Source: Candidatus Latescibacterota bacterium (GTDB taxonomy: Bacteria; Latescibacterota; UBA2968). From it: a stretch of 64,000 bases of DNA. Made by a program: the position numbers and the translations under genes. Shown piece by piece: positions 30,536 to 40,008 of this stretch. Below the pieces are notes generated by a model, which was given only the letters and a program-made list of their open reading frames with translations, had not been told where the DNA came from and did not search any database. Within the stretch, counting starts at the first letter, position 1; every line of letters begins with the position of its first letter. The stretch spans positions 1,792,001 to 1,856,000 of the forward strand of contig OZ220741.1 of the NCBI GenBank assembly GCA_965116885.1, in the 5' to 3' direction.

Positions 30536-32137
30536 TCAACGCGGTTCGACGAATATCTCTACTTCGTCGATTACAATTGTGGGGGATGTGGCTTCGGGGT
30601 CGCTTTTGGTGAGTGCGATGGACAGGTAGTTATCGCCGCGTTTGACGAGTGGGTCCGAGAGCGCAAACCAGCGTGTGGAAAAGGTGGGTTTTTCCGCGAG
30701 TGCGCGAAATTCGATCCGCCCGCCCTGTGCGGTACAGGGTATGTTTCTGCCGTCTTTTTCTCGTGTCGAATCTACGGTCGTGACGCGATCAGAAGATGCG
30801 GTGCGTCCGATGGCTTCGTCGGGGATGGTATGGCTGTTGAGGCGTACGTCTAATTCATCGATCCCGGTCAGGCCGAATCCCCGAAAGAGGAGTGTCGCGC
30901 AATGCGCGTGTTGCAGGTTTTCGAAGAGTTGAAAGCGAAATTCACCCGTGGGGCGCTGGTCGCTGCGCGATAGTCGAAGTTGTTGTGCGTTGATTACCCC
31001 TGTGCTGCGTCTGCCATTGGCTCCAAAACCGCTGAATCCGTCCCAGGTGGGATCGAAAATGTAGTGCCGTTCGCCGCGCGCGACGCGCTCGGGGTCGCGG
31101 AGCTGGTGGAAGACTTGCATGCCCTGAGGATAAAAAGGCGGTTGCCATACGGAAGGCACAAAATGGTTGTAGATCGATATGCCATTTGCTCCGGCGCCGT
31201 ACATGGTGTGCGCGAGTGCGCGGCAGGTGGCGTGGCTTAAGGGGATGCGACCGAGGCGGTAGCGCGCGCGGTAGCTGTTCCACGGTAGCAGGCCGGGGTA
31301 GAGCCGGCACGCCGTTTTCCGGGTTAGTGCCGCCCATTCCGAATAGGGCAAATTGTGGTCGGCATACATCGTGTCTTGTGGGCTGATGTAGTCGAGCAAT
31401 CCATTCTGGACCCAATGGCAAATGTCCAGGCCCTGACTCTCGCATTCTGCCGGTGTTGCGTATATGCGCGCGCCAAGCATGAGTTTTTTGCCGATTTCTT
31501 TGCCGCGTTCATTCAGTCGCGTGCGGATATTTTGTATGAGATCTGTCATGAGGTGTGCGCGTTCGACAGCATGGTGCGGGGGGAAGTAGGCCGTGTCTCG
31601 AAAACACAGTTCCACACCGTCGATGTCGAATCTGCAGGCGACTTCTTCTACGACGCCATAAGTGAATTCTCGAACTTCGCGATGTGTGAAGTCGAGTGCT
31701 TCTGGCTCCTGGTAGTTCTGTCCGGGACGCGGGTCGTGCAATCGCAGATGCGGGTTGGATTCAATATATTCGGCAATGCCGACGCCCTGTTTGCGATTGT
31801 GTGCGGCATGGCCGTCGTTCATGCGGAAGCCTGCGATAAATTGCATGTTGCGCCGGTGCGATTGGTCGATGAGGATGTCCAGGGGCTGTGTGCCCGCTTC
31901 GATCAATGGTCTGAACCGCTGGTGCTGAGGGCGCTGGTCGTATTCATAGTGTTCGGATTGCCAGTAGGCCGTCCATCCTTGAGAGAATATCTCCTGATTG
32001 AATATATCTATTCCGCTACCTGCGACCATATCCACCCATTGGCGCAGGTCTGCTTCTCTTACTGGATCGGGCAATACCGTGCGTGCGATCGTGGATGGAT
32101 CGCTCACATAGAGGATCCGATGGGCTGTTTCTGTCAT
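30536..32137 (-). CDS. GHL10-like TIM-barrel protein (putative glycoside hydrolase)
   Basis: FRMNDGH, LDFTHREVR, FDIDGVELCF, GLDI..WV..GLLDY, GANGISIYN. Confidence 0.65.
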   Translation of the reverse strand: MTETAHRILYVSDPSTIARTVLPDPVREADLRQWVDMVAGSGIDIFNQEIFSQGWTAYWQSEHYEYDQRPQHQRFRPLIEAGTQPLDILIDQSHRRNMQFIAGFRMNDGHAAHNRKQGVGIAEYIESNPHLRLHDPRPGQNYQEPEALDFTHREVREFTYGVVEEVACRFDIDGVELCFRDTAYFPPHHAVERAHLMTDLIQNIRTRLNERGKEIGKKLMLGARIYATPAECESQGLDICHWVQNGLLDYISPQDTMYADHNLPYSEWAALTRKTACRLYPGLLPWNSYRARYRLGRIPLSHATCRALAHTMYGAGANGISIYNHFVPSVWQPPFYPQGMQVFHQLRDPERVARGERHYIFDPTWDGFSGFGANGRRSTGVINAQQLRLSRSDQRPTGEFRFQLFENLQHAHCATLLFRGFGLTGIDELDVRLNSHTIPDEAIGRTASSDRVTTVDSTREKDGRNIPCTAQGGRIEFRALAEKPTFSTRWFALSDPLVKRGDNYLSIALTKSDPEATSPTIVIDEVEIFVEPR

Positions 32138-32160
32138 AATCCCTCTCCGTGCCGAGAATT

Positions 32161-33501
32161 TTACTTACTCAGCTGTGCCGAGACCTCTACAATGGTTTCA
32201 CTTATCACATTGACAACGTGCTGTACTTCAGATTCGGTGATGGTGAAAGGGGGGCTGATGGCGATATGGTCGCCTTCGACACCATCGACCAGGCCGGGGG
32301 CTCCGGGCATGACCAGTACCCCTTTTTCGAAGGCCAGATCCACGATTCTTGAGGTTACCCCTTTTGAGAGGTCGAAGGGGGCACGCGTGGATTTGTCGGC
32401 CACGAATTCGATGCCGGTCAGCAGGCCCTTCCCGCGTATGCCCCCGACGATCGGCAGGTCCTGCAAGGGCATGAGTTTTTCCAGCATCAGGTCGCCCATC
32501 CGGGCACAGTTCGATACCAGATCATGAGTCTGAATGTAGTTTTGCACGGCCAGGGCCGTGGCGCAGGAAAGGGCGTTTCCGCCATAGGTGTGTCCGTGTA
32601 CAAAAGAGACGGATTCTCTGTAGATGGCGTTGTAGATCTTTTCGTGGACGACGGTTGCGGCAATGGGCGTATAGCCGCTACTCAATCCTTTTCCGGTCGC
32701 CATAATATCGGGGATCACATCCCAGTGTTCGATGCCGAAGTTGCGGCCTGTCCTGCCAAAGCCAGTGACGACTTCATCGACGATCATCAGGATATTGTGC
32801 CGGTCACAGATCTCCCGAATGAGCGGGTAGTAGTCCTGAGGAGGGGTCACACCGGCAGCAGAGGTGCCGAGGATCGGTTCGGCGATAAAGGCGGAGATCG
32901 ACTCGCTCCCCTCCTGTTTGATGACCCGCTCCAGTTCCTCTGCGCAGTGGAGCTGGCATTCCGAGTGGTCCTTACAGTAGGCGCACCGGTAGGGGTAGGG
33001 CGGCGAGATATGGGGGAAATTCAGCAGGTAGGGGATATAGTCCTCACGCCAGGGCGATCGCCCGGACATGGAGAGGGCACCAACCGTATTCCCGTGCCAG
33101 GCTTGCCACCGGGAGATGACTCTGTACTTTCCGGGATTGCCGGTTGCGATATGGTACTTCCGGGCGATTTTCATGGCCGACTCTGTGGCTTCTGACCCCC
33201 CGGAAACAAAAAAGACCCGGTTCAGGTCTTCCGGCGTGAGGCCGGCGATCCTGTCCGCCAGATCGATCTGGGGCTGAGTGAGGAACCGGGCGTAGGTGAA
33301 ACAGACCTTCTCCGCCTGTTCGGCCATGACCTCTGCGATCTCTTTGACTCCGTGGCCGATACTGACCACATGCACGCCCGCACAGGCGTCGAGATAGCGC
33401 TTTCCTTCGGTATCGAACAGGTAAATGCCTTCTCCGTGTGATATCTTCGGCCATTCTTTTTTGAGGGTTCTGTGAAAGATGTGGTCTTTATGCCGGGACA
33501 T
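32161..33501 (-). CDS. Class III aminotransferase
   Basis: SGGSEATE, WHGNT, FIAEPI, DEVVTGFGRTG, GKGLSSGY; RBS AAGGA. Confidence 0.9.
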   Translation of the reverse strand: MSRHKDHIFHRTLKKEWPKISHGEGIYLFDTEGKRYLDACAGVHVVSIGHGVKEIAEVMAEQAEKVCFTYARFLTQPQIDLADRIAGLTPEDLNRVFFVSGGSEATESAMKIARKYHIATGNPGKYRVISRWQAWHGNTVGALSMSGRSPWREDYIPYLLNFPHISPPYPYRCAYCKDHSECQLHCAEELERVIKQEGSESISAFIAEPILGTSAAGVTPPQDYYPLIREICDRHNILMIVDEVVTGFGRTGRNFGIEHWDVIPDIMATGKGLSSGYTPIAATVVHEKIYNAIYRESVSFVHGHTYGGNALSCATALAVQNYIQTHDLVSNCARMGDLMLEKLMPLQDLPIVGGIRGKGLLTGIEFVADKSTRAPFDLSKGVTSRIVDLAFEKGVLVMPGAPGLVDGVEGDHIAISPPFTITESEVQHVVNVISETIVEVSAQLSK

Positions 33502-33836
33502 TGTGTTCCTTTCTTTTATAAAATTGCCAGGTAGCAGGCAAGATAGCCTTTCGGCACCGGTCCCGCAAGCAATTCGGGATCTCTTTCCGCGCATTCACTA
33601 TTTTGAAACCTTTATATATATGGCGTGTATCTAAGATGTAACAGGGGATAGACAGTAATCGAGAAATATGTTCGAGATTGTGAAACTTTGTCAATGTTCA
33701 ATGCGTTTAAGGAAGGTATATAACAATTCATTAAACAATGCTGGGAGGGGGGTGACAATCAAAAGTGGAAACGCCAACTGTTGGATCAAAATTTCGTGTC
33801 GAGTCGGGTAAGAAGGAACAAGTGGTAGGAGATAAA

Positions 33837-34700
33837 ATGGAATACACGCAACAAGAGACGCAGTACACACGCGAAGCTTCTGTTCAGAGCTATCTCAAGG
33901 AACTGCGTAAGTACCCCCCATTGAGCCGAGAAGAGGAACAAAAAATCCTTCGCAAGGCCAAACGGGGAAATCAAGCGGCGATTGACAAAGTTATTACGTC
34001 AAACTTGCGTTTTGTGGTCAGTGTTGCGCTCGAATATCAGGGTCGAGGCGTGCCTCTTGCCGATTTGATTGCCGAGGGCAATATGGGGTTGATGGAAGCC
34101 CTCAAGCGTTTTGACGAAGAACGCGGGTTTAAGTTCATCAGCTATGCAGTGTGGTGGATTCGGCAGTGTATTCTCAATGCGCTCAAGCGCACGTCTAATG
34201 TGGTTATGCCTGCAAATCGCCAGGAGGATATGGACCGGATGGCGCGTCGCTGGGGGCAGATGACCCAGGAACTGGGGCGCGTGCCCACGCTGGACGAAGT
34301 TGCCAGCGATATGAAGATCAGCAATAAACGCGCAGAGCGGGCATTGCGCTGTGTGCGTCCAGATCTGTCTTTGTCCGCGCCTATAGACACGGCGGGCGAG
34401 CAACCGCTGATGAATCTACTCGAGGCGGATGAAGAGGACCCAGATCAACTCGTGATATACCGGGATCAGTCTGAGTTTATATCGCGGTCTCTCAATGATT
34501 CTTTAGACCCCCGGGAACGAGAGGTTATTCGAGGTTATTTTGGTCTCGACGGAAATGAGCGCCAGACGCTAAGTGATATCGGTCAGTCTCTGGGTGTTAC
34601 CCGAGAGCGCGTGCGCCAGATTCGCAACCGCGCGCTTGCCAAGTTGCAGCGATATTTTCGGAGGAATGTTCCGGGTGGAAAAGTGGAAGATCTGGTCTGA
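33837..34700 (+). CDS. RpoD/RpoS-family sigma factor lacking region 1.1
   Basis: YLKEL, NLRFVVSVA, DLIAEGNMGL, GFKFISYAVWWIRQ, TRERVRQI. Confidence 0.9.
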   Translation: MEYTQQETQYTREASVQSYLKELRKYPPLSREEEQKILRKAKRGNQAAIDKVITSNLRFVVSVALEYQGRGVPLADLIAEGNMGLMEALKRFDEERGFKFISYAVWWIRQCILNALKRTSNVVMPANRQEDMDRMARRWGQMTQELGRVPTLDEVASDMKISNKRAERALRCVRPDLSLSAPIDTAGEQPLMNLLEADEEDPDQLVIYRDQSEFISRSLNDSLDPREREVIRGYFGLDGNERQTLSDIGQSLGVTRERVRQIRNRALAKLQRYFRRNVPGGKVEDLV

Positions 34701-34722
34701 TACCATCTTATCTTCGGCGTAG

Positions 34723-34759
34723 TAAAGGCGGTTCTGGTTTTTCCAGGACCGCCTTTATT
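34723..34759 (+). terminator. Intrinsic terminator-like hairpin
   Basis: taaaggcggttctgg...ccaggaccgccttta downstream of the sigma gene. Confidence 0.7.
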
Positions 34760-34868
34760 GTGCGGGTCCTTTCAGCGAAAAGGGTTGATTTATTCAAAAA
34801 TGGAGTGTAGATTCTACACGCTTTCTGGATCCTTTTAACCCGCCTTATTTTTGAGCTTCCCCCTCGCT

Positions 34869-35642
34869 ATGGGCCGATTATTCACATTCCTCGGTGGGCA
34901 ACTCGCCGCATTTTTTGTCCAGGTTTTCCAGATGTTCTGCTATGGCGTCCAGTGCGTGACAGAAATGCGGCATCTCTACCTCTATCGACATCAGATTATC
35001 GAACAGTGTTATGCTGTTGGTGTTAGCTCTCTGCCCCTGGTCTGCCTGATTTCGGCTTTTAGCGGGATGGCGGTCGCTATTCAGACGGCTTATCAGATGG
35101 AAGAGTACGTGCCCGACTATATGGTTGGTGCGCTTATGGTCCGCTCTGTGATACTTGTGCTGTCGCCTATTTTGATAGGTCTCGTGCTCGCGGGCAGGGT
35201 AGGTGCGGGCGTTGCGTCTGAACTCGGCACTATGAAAGTCTCAGAGCAAGTGGATGCGCTTACGTCAATGGCTGTCGATCCAGTGGGATATCTCATGTTG
35301 CCCCGAATGCTCGCTGGCGCGATTATGGTTCCCATTCTCGTGATTTACTCTTTTTTGGTCGCGAATATCTGCGGGTTTGGTATGTCGATGATCAAGATGG
35401 CTATTACGCCCACAGAGTTGGTCAAAGGTATGAAGCTCTATTTTGAAGTGTATGATGTTTTTGTCGGGTTGGTCAAATCCGTTGTTTATGGTGGGTTGTT
35501 GACGTTTATGGGATCTTACATGGGGCTTTGCGCCGCGGGCGGCGCGCAGGGTGTTGGACGGGCTGCCACGGCTGCAGTTGTGATATCTTCTGCGCTGGTT
35601 CTCATTCTCGATTATTTTTTGACACACGCGTTGTTGTATTAA
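34869..35642 (+). CDS. mlaE: MlaE family ABC permease
   Basis: AGRVGAGVASELGTMKVSEQVDAL..MAVDP..YL..PR, GAQGVGRA. Confidence 0.9.
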   Translation: MGRLFTFLGGQLAAFFVQVFQMFCYGVQCVTEMRHLYLYRHQIIEQCYAVGVSSLPLVCLISAFSGMAVAIQTAYQMEEYVPDYMVGALMVRSVILVLSPILIGLVLAGRVGAGVASELGTMKVSEQVDALTSMAVDPVGYLMLPRMLAGAIMVPILVIYSFLVANICGFGMSMIKMAITPTELVKGMKLYFEVYDVFVGLVKSVVYGGLLTFMGSYMGLCAAGGAQGVGRAATAAVVISSALVLILDYFLTHALLY

Positions 35643-35646
35643 TATT

Positions 35647-36390
35647 ATGGCAAATGAAACGGCTATTGAGTTTGTCGAGGTATTTAAGTCTTTTGACGCG
35701 CAATCTGTGCTGAAAGGGCTTGACCTGCGGGTTCCATGGTCTGAGATTACGACTATTCTGGGACCGAGTGGGTGCGGCAAAAGTGTGACCTTAAAGCATG
35801 TTATTGGGATTGAGCGAGCTGATATGGGAAAGGTCGTTGTTGCCGGTTATGACATGGCGCAGATTCGCCATGGTGAGTTGATCGAATTGCGCAAGCGCAT
35901 CGGGGTTTTATTTCAGTCTTCGGCGCTTTTTGATTCTATGACGGTGAAGGAAAATGTGGCTTTTGGGTTGCGTATGCATACCAGGATGACCGAAGAAGAA
36001 ATTTCAGAGCGCGTGCATGTCTGCCTCGATGCTGTGCGGTTAGCGGGTACAGAGGCCAAGATGCCGGTTGAGTTGTCGGGGGGAATGAGAAAACGCGCGG
36101 CACTTGCGCGGGCTATTGCGATGGAACCCGATTTTATTCTTTACGATGAACCCACAACGGGTCTGGATCCAAATACATCCAGTGTTGTGGGCGACTATAT
36201 ACTTAAATTGCAATCGGAACTCAATGTGACATCGGTGGTCGTTACCCACGATATGCCCCTTGCCCGACGCGTTTCAGATCGGGTTGCCTTGCTCTATGAT
36301 GGTAAAACAGTGGTTCAAGGTGCAATGGAAGATGTCGAAGCATCTGGCAATGAGGTTTTCGAATTGTTTGTTCAGGGCAGATTGGGGTAG
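35647..36390 (+). CDS. mlaF: MlaF/Mkl ABC ATP-binding protein
   Basis: GPSGCGKS, FQSSALFDSM, LSGGMRKR, YDEPTTGLDP. Confidence 0.9.
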   Translation: MANETAIEFVEVFKSFDAQSVLKGLDLRVPWSEITTILGPSGCGKSVTLKHVIGIERADMGKVVVAGYDMAQIRHGELIELRKRIGVLFQSSALFDSMTVKENVAFGLRMHTRMTEEEISERVHVCLDAVRLAGTEAKMPVELSGGMRKRAALARAIAMEPDFILYDEPTTGLDPNTSSVVGDYILKLQSELNVTSVVVTHDMPLARRVSDRVALLYDGKTVVQGAMEDVEASGNEVFELFVQGRLG

Positions 36391-36393
36391 CGT

Positions 36394-37305
36394 ATGAGAA
36401 ATCGTCGGCAGGAGATTATTCTGGGCGCAGTTGTATTTTTTGCAGCCGTTATTCTGGTGGTCGGTACGGTGTGGCTCTCTGAGCGTTATGCAGGTGCGGC
36501 TGGCGGATATCGCATCCATGCTAAGTTCGACAGTGTGCCGGGGCTTCAAGTGGGCAATCCCGTGACGTTTCGCGGGGTGCGGGTGGGAAAGGTGCTGTCT
36601 ATCACCCTTGAGGATGGGCTGCCTTATGTTGCACTCGGGTTTGCCGCGGTGAGAGATTTGCCCGTGGATTCGCGTTTTTTACTCAAATCCGATGGTCTGC
36701 TGGGTGGGCAGATGATCGAAATTCAGTTGGGAGAGTCGGAACAGCGTCTTCCAGATGGTGCTGTTGTGCAGGGGACTTCTGCTTCTGACCTCGATGCAAT
36801 GGTGTCTGAAAGCAGGCTTATGATTGAAAAAATTCGCGGTGCAGTAGATGGCGTAGCCAGTGAGACTAATCTCGCGCATCTGGAAAGTGTTCTTTCGCGT
36901 ATTGATACGACCACGTACTATCTCAACCGATTATTGAATGACGATAATCTGGGTAAGGTCGATAAGATGCTCGACAGTTTGGCGGCGGCAACGGGCGATG
37001 CGAGTGGTTTGATGCGGGATAATCGCCAGAATTTGAGCATTGCCGTGACCAATATAGCTGTGACGATGGAACGCCTTGCGCGAATTTCGGCACAGATGGA
37101 ATCGACTTCGGTTGCTATGCAGAATACATTTGCCAATCTCGATGATATTTCCAAAGGGATACGAGACGGACGCGGTACGGTCGGGCGTTTGGTTAAGGAC
37201 GAAGCGGTGTACGAGCATCTGGATCGCACACTGACGTCTGTGGATAGTCTTATTGCAGATATCAAGCGGAATCCCAAACGCTATCTCACTATTGAGATAT
37301 TTTGA
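36394..37305 (+). CDS. mlaD: MlaD/MCE family protein
   Basis: N-terminal TM, GLQVGNPVTFRGVRVGKV, GLLG, DIKRNPKRY. Confidence 0.85.
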   Translation: MRNRRQEIILGAVVFFAAVILVVGTVWLSERYAGAAGGYRIHAKFDSVPGLQVGNPVTFRGVRVGKVLSITLEDGLPYVALGFAAVRDLPVDSRFLLKSDGLLGGQMIEIQLGESEQRLPDGAVVQGTSASDLDAMVSESRLMIEKIRGAVDGVASETNLAHLESVLSRIDTTTYYLNRLLNDDNLGKVDKMLDSLAAATGDASGLMRDNRQNLSIAVTNIAVTMERLARISAQMESTSVAMQNTFANLDDISKGIRDGRGTVGRLVKDEAVYEHLDRTLTSVDSLIADIKRNPKRYLTIEIF

Positions 37306-37315
37306 GGAGTTCACT

Positions 37316-38188
37316 ATGGTTATCAGGATTCTGCTTTTGCTCGTTGCTCTTACAGCTACTATCTCAGCGACCGATCTGGCGTGGTTTCATTGGAAGGATA
37401 ATGACGCGATCTCTTTTGGCGGGTTTGTACCCGAAATGAGAGCTGTAAAAGCAATTGTGGGAAAAGGTGATGAGGCACCGCGCATTGTGTATGGCGACCG
37501 TCATGGGGCAGTTTACGTGTTGGAAATGCAAGAGGGGCGCTTTCGAGAGGTGTGGAGAAGTCCGCCATTGAGGGCGGAGATTGCAGAAGTTTTTGTTCTG
37601 GATATCGATGTCGATGACGAGCTTGAGATCGTCGCATATACCCATGCTGGAGATATTGCGTTTTATCGCGCCAGCGATTTTCAGGAGATATGGCGAAGTC
37701 CAGACGATGAGTTTGCATCGGTTTCGGCTATGGTGATTGAAAATATTGACGACGATCCGCAGCTCGAACTGGTGTTTTGCGGCGAGAATGCTGCAGAGAG
37801 TCGGAGCTATCGGTCGCCGACCGGATCGCGCGATAATCTCGCCCAGGATCGCGCTGCGCAGATTGGGCGCTTGTTTGTGTTCGATTGCAAAAATCTGTTT
37901 TTAGAATGGAGCAGTGAGCAGGGGCTGTGGGCACAGAGTATGGCTGTTGGCGATCTCGACGATGACGGTGAGCTTGAGATTGTACTCAATACGGGGTTTG
38001 TTATTGGCGCGACTTATCAGCGCGTTGAGTGGGAATACCGCGATGGCTTTGGTGAGAAAATTGGCTACGCGGATCTCGATGGCGATGGCATACCCGAGTT
38101 GATCGGCGAGACGAAAAAGCCCCATCAATTTATTCGCATTTTTGATGTGGATCTGCAATCTGAGAGTTTTCTGAGTTCGGGGAGGTAG
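37316..38188 (+). CDS. Secreted FG-GAP/VCBS-repeat protein
   Basis: Signal peptide; repeated D.D.D..LEI motifs. Confidence 0.7.
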   Translation: MVIRILLLLVALTATISATDLAWFHWKDNDAISFGGFVPEMRAVKAIVGKGDEAPRIVYGDRHGAVYVLEMQEGRFREVWRSPPLRAEIAEVFVLDIDVDDELEIVAYTHAGDIAFYRASDFQEIWRSPDDEFASVSAMVIENIDDDPQLELVFCGENAAESRSYRSPTGSRDNLAQDRAAQIGRLFVFDCKNLFLEWSSEQGLWAQSMAVGDLDDDGELEIVLNTGFVIGATYQRVEWEYRDGFGEKIGYADLDGDGIPELIGETKKPHQFIRIFDVDLQSESFLSSGR

Positions 38189-38212
38189 AAGTGGGCGATT
38201 AGGCTGACTGCC

Positions 38213-38280
38213 GGGACAGCACAGAGGCCGTCCCCTACGATGATAGTGTGGTTTGTAGGGGCGACCCCCTGCGGTCGCCC
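38213..38280. repeat. Divergent pair of GTAG-type REPs
   Basis: Reverse REP 38213-38238 (GTAGGGGACGGCCTCTGTGCTGTCCC) and forward REP 38255-38280. Confidence 0.75.
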
Positions 38281-38344
38281 GCTGAATGCCTTTAATCTTG
38301 ACGGTCTCTGGCAAAATGGGTAAATTCATTCTCGAACGAGTTGT

Positions 38345-38421
38345 CGGAGCGTAGCGCAGCTCGGTAGCGCACCATCTTGGGGTGATGGGGGTCGCTGGTT
38401 CAAATCCAGTCGCTCCGACCA
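38345..38421 (+). tRNA. tRNA-Pro(GGG)
   Basis: Acceptor CGGAGCG/CGCTCCG, anticodon arm ccatc-TTGGGGT-gatgg, T-loop GGTTCAAATCC, encoded CCA; TTGACG..TAAATT promoter upstream. Confidence 0.95.
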
Positions 38422-38430
38422 TAATAATAC

Positions 38431-38465
38431 AGGGGTTATGCTTTTATTGCATAACCCCTTGTTTT
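38431..38465 (+). terminator. tRNA terminator hairpin
   Basis: aggggttatgc-tttta-tgcataacccct followed by a T-rich tract. Confidence 0.8.
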
Positions 38466-38777
38466 GTGACTGTTAGACAGAAAGTCCTTCAGGATGCTCA
38501 GAACATGCGGTCTTTGCTGACTGATTACCAACCTATTCACGAACCTGCGCCTGTTCTGGAGGAGGAACGCGAGAGAAGACCCAGGCGGGTGAAGCTGGAG
38601 AATCGCGCGTTAAAGATAACCCATTCATTCATCCCAAAGCCGTGTGGGACGCGCTACAATGGCTGGCGACCACGTATTATGGGGCTCGTATGGGGAAAAA
38701 CAGTCTAACAAGTCCCGATATGTCCATTCGGAAAGCGTGTAAGTGGTGGTATAAGGGGGCACCAGAGTGATATAACA

Positions 38778-38966
38778 ATGAACAAATACAAGGATTGGTA
38801 CACCACTAAGGTTGGGAATAAGGTCCATACGCTACAAAAGCACATCAGAACGGGGAGCAGTAGGAATGCGCGTTACACAATTCGAATCGCTTTTGATTGG
38901 GACAAGAGCAAGGAGCGCGTTGTTATTGGTTTTATCGGCCAGCACCAACAGACAGACGCGACATGA
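38778..38966 (+). pseudogene. C-terminal fragment of a hypothetical protein with a RelE-like motif
   Basis: KHIRTG...YTIRIAFDWD....VVIGFIGQH; upstream frame is disrupted. Confidence 0.45.
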
Positions 38967-38969
38967 AAT

Positions 38970-38995
38970 GTAGGGGCGACCCCCTGTGGTCGCCC
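38970..38995 (+). repeat. GTAG-type REP palindrome
   Basis: Identical to 17001-17026. Confidence 0.85.
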
Positions 38996-39025
38996 GTTCG
39001 CAAGAAGTATGAAGTGTGATTTCCC

Positions 39026-39196
39026 ATACTCGTCATCGCGCCATTTCTCAAGCCTTACTGGCATCGCTACGCGCATTAGCGACGATGTGCGACAACTGCG
39101 TTCGCTCAGGGCAGGTACGTACATTGAAGGTTTGAGTAGTATCGCTCTGCTGCTCGTTGGTCTGGGTATCATGGTTACTATTCATCCGGGACTGGC
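39026..39196 (+). pseudogene. Remnant of the ABC exporter gene found intact at 46881
   Basis: 39026-39062 matches ~46890-46926; 39063-39196 matches ~47223-47356 (IATRISDDVRQLRSL..GTYIEGLSSIALLLVGLGIMVTIHPGLA). Confidence 0.9.
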
Positions 39197-39228
39197 CCTG
39201 ATCCAGGAGCGGGCCGCGAGGATTTGCT

Positions 39229-39567
39229 ATGTTTTTTCGTCTGTTTAAAGCAAAATGCCCAAACTGTGGAGTTCGAGGGCCTTGGGATGACGTTGTGTGG
39301 GAAGGAAGTGGATGGAAATTGTTTTATCCCATCTGGCCTTGTAAAGCGTGTGGCATCATGCTTAAAAATGATCTTGGAAGGCTAATTTTAACAATACCAA
39401 TATATGTAGCTCTGTTATTGTTTTTAGAAATCTGGGTTGAGGATTGGGGCCTTCTTGTCTATTGCCTATCTCTAATTATTATCAGCTTTATTTATGGGAG
39501 ATTACAACGTCTTAAAGTTGTGCAGTCTTCAATCGAAAACACTGACCCTGAGAAAGGTACTTCTTAA
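39229..39567 (+). CDS. CxxC-x24-CxxC zinc-ribbon + 2 TM protein (cxxc_20_cxxc-like)
   Basis: CPNC..CKAC followed by two hydrophobic helices. Confidence 0.75.
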   Translation: MFFRLFKAKCPNCGVRGPWDDVVWEGSGWKLFYPIWPCKACGIMLKNDLGRLILTIPIYVALLLFLEIWVEDWGLLVYCLSLIIISFIYGRLQRLKVVQSSIENTDPEKGTS

Positions 39568-39580
39568 CATAGAGCAAGCG

Positions 39581-39925
39581 ATGGGATTTAATATGTTTAA
39601 AGCAAAGTGTCCAAACTGTGGATGTAAAAACGATTGGGGAGGATCATTTAAATGGTTTAATCCCCCTCGCACTTGGCCCTGTAAGAAATGTGGCAGCATA
39701 CTTGAAATGGACCGTAGAAGAGGGGTTGTGTTGCTACTCATATATGCGGTTTTCTGGTTATTTTTTGAACTCTGGATCAGAGATTGGAGCCTTCTTGTTT
39801 ATTGTCTCCTACCAGTTGGCATTTTTATCATTCTTTCATTGAAGCGCGTTAAAATTGTACAATCTCCAGACCAAACTTCTGACGCTGATAGTCAAAAAGC
39901 ACCTCTTAATAAGGAAAGGGAGTAA
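39581..39925 (+). CDS. CxxC-x20-CxxC zinc-ribbon + 2 TM protein
   Basis: FKAKCPNCG..CKKC; paralog of 39229 (shared DW.LLVYCL); start 39581 or 39593. Confidence 0.75.
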   Translation: MGFNMFKAKCPNCGCKNDWGGSFKWFNPPRTWPCKKCGSILEMDRRRGVVLLLIYAVFWLFFELWIRDWSLLVYCLLPVGIFIILSLKRVKIVQSPDQTSDADSQKAPLNKERE

Positions 39926-40008
39926 CTGAGAGGTCACTACACGGTGCTTTGTCCATGGTGAATGGAAAACATTCATCGATTTTAATCTTTACAGTATTGG
40001 AGGATCAA

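Noticed and set aside
31355..33195. Plus-strand ORFs of 390 and 223 aa
   Set aside because: Antisense to the GHL10-like and aminotransferase genes
37901..38708. ORFs 37901-38422(-) and 38382-38708(+)
   Set aside because: They run through the tRNA and REP sequences; spurious as whole genes
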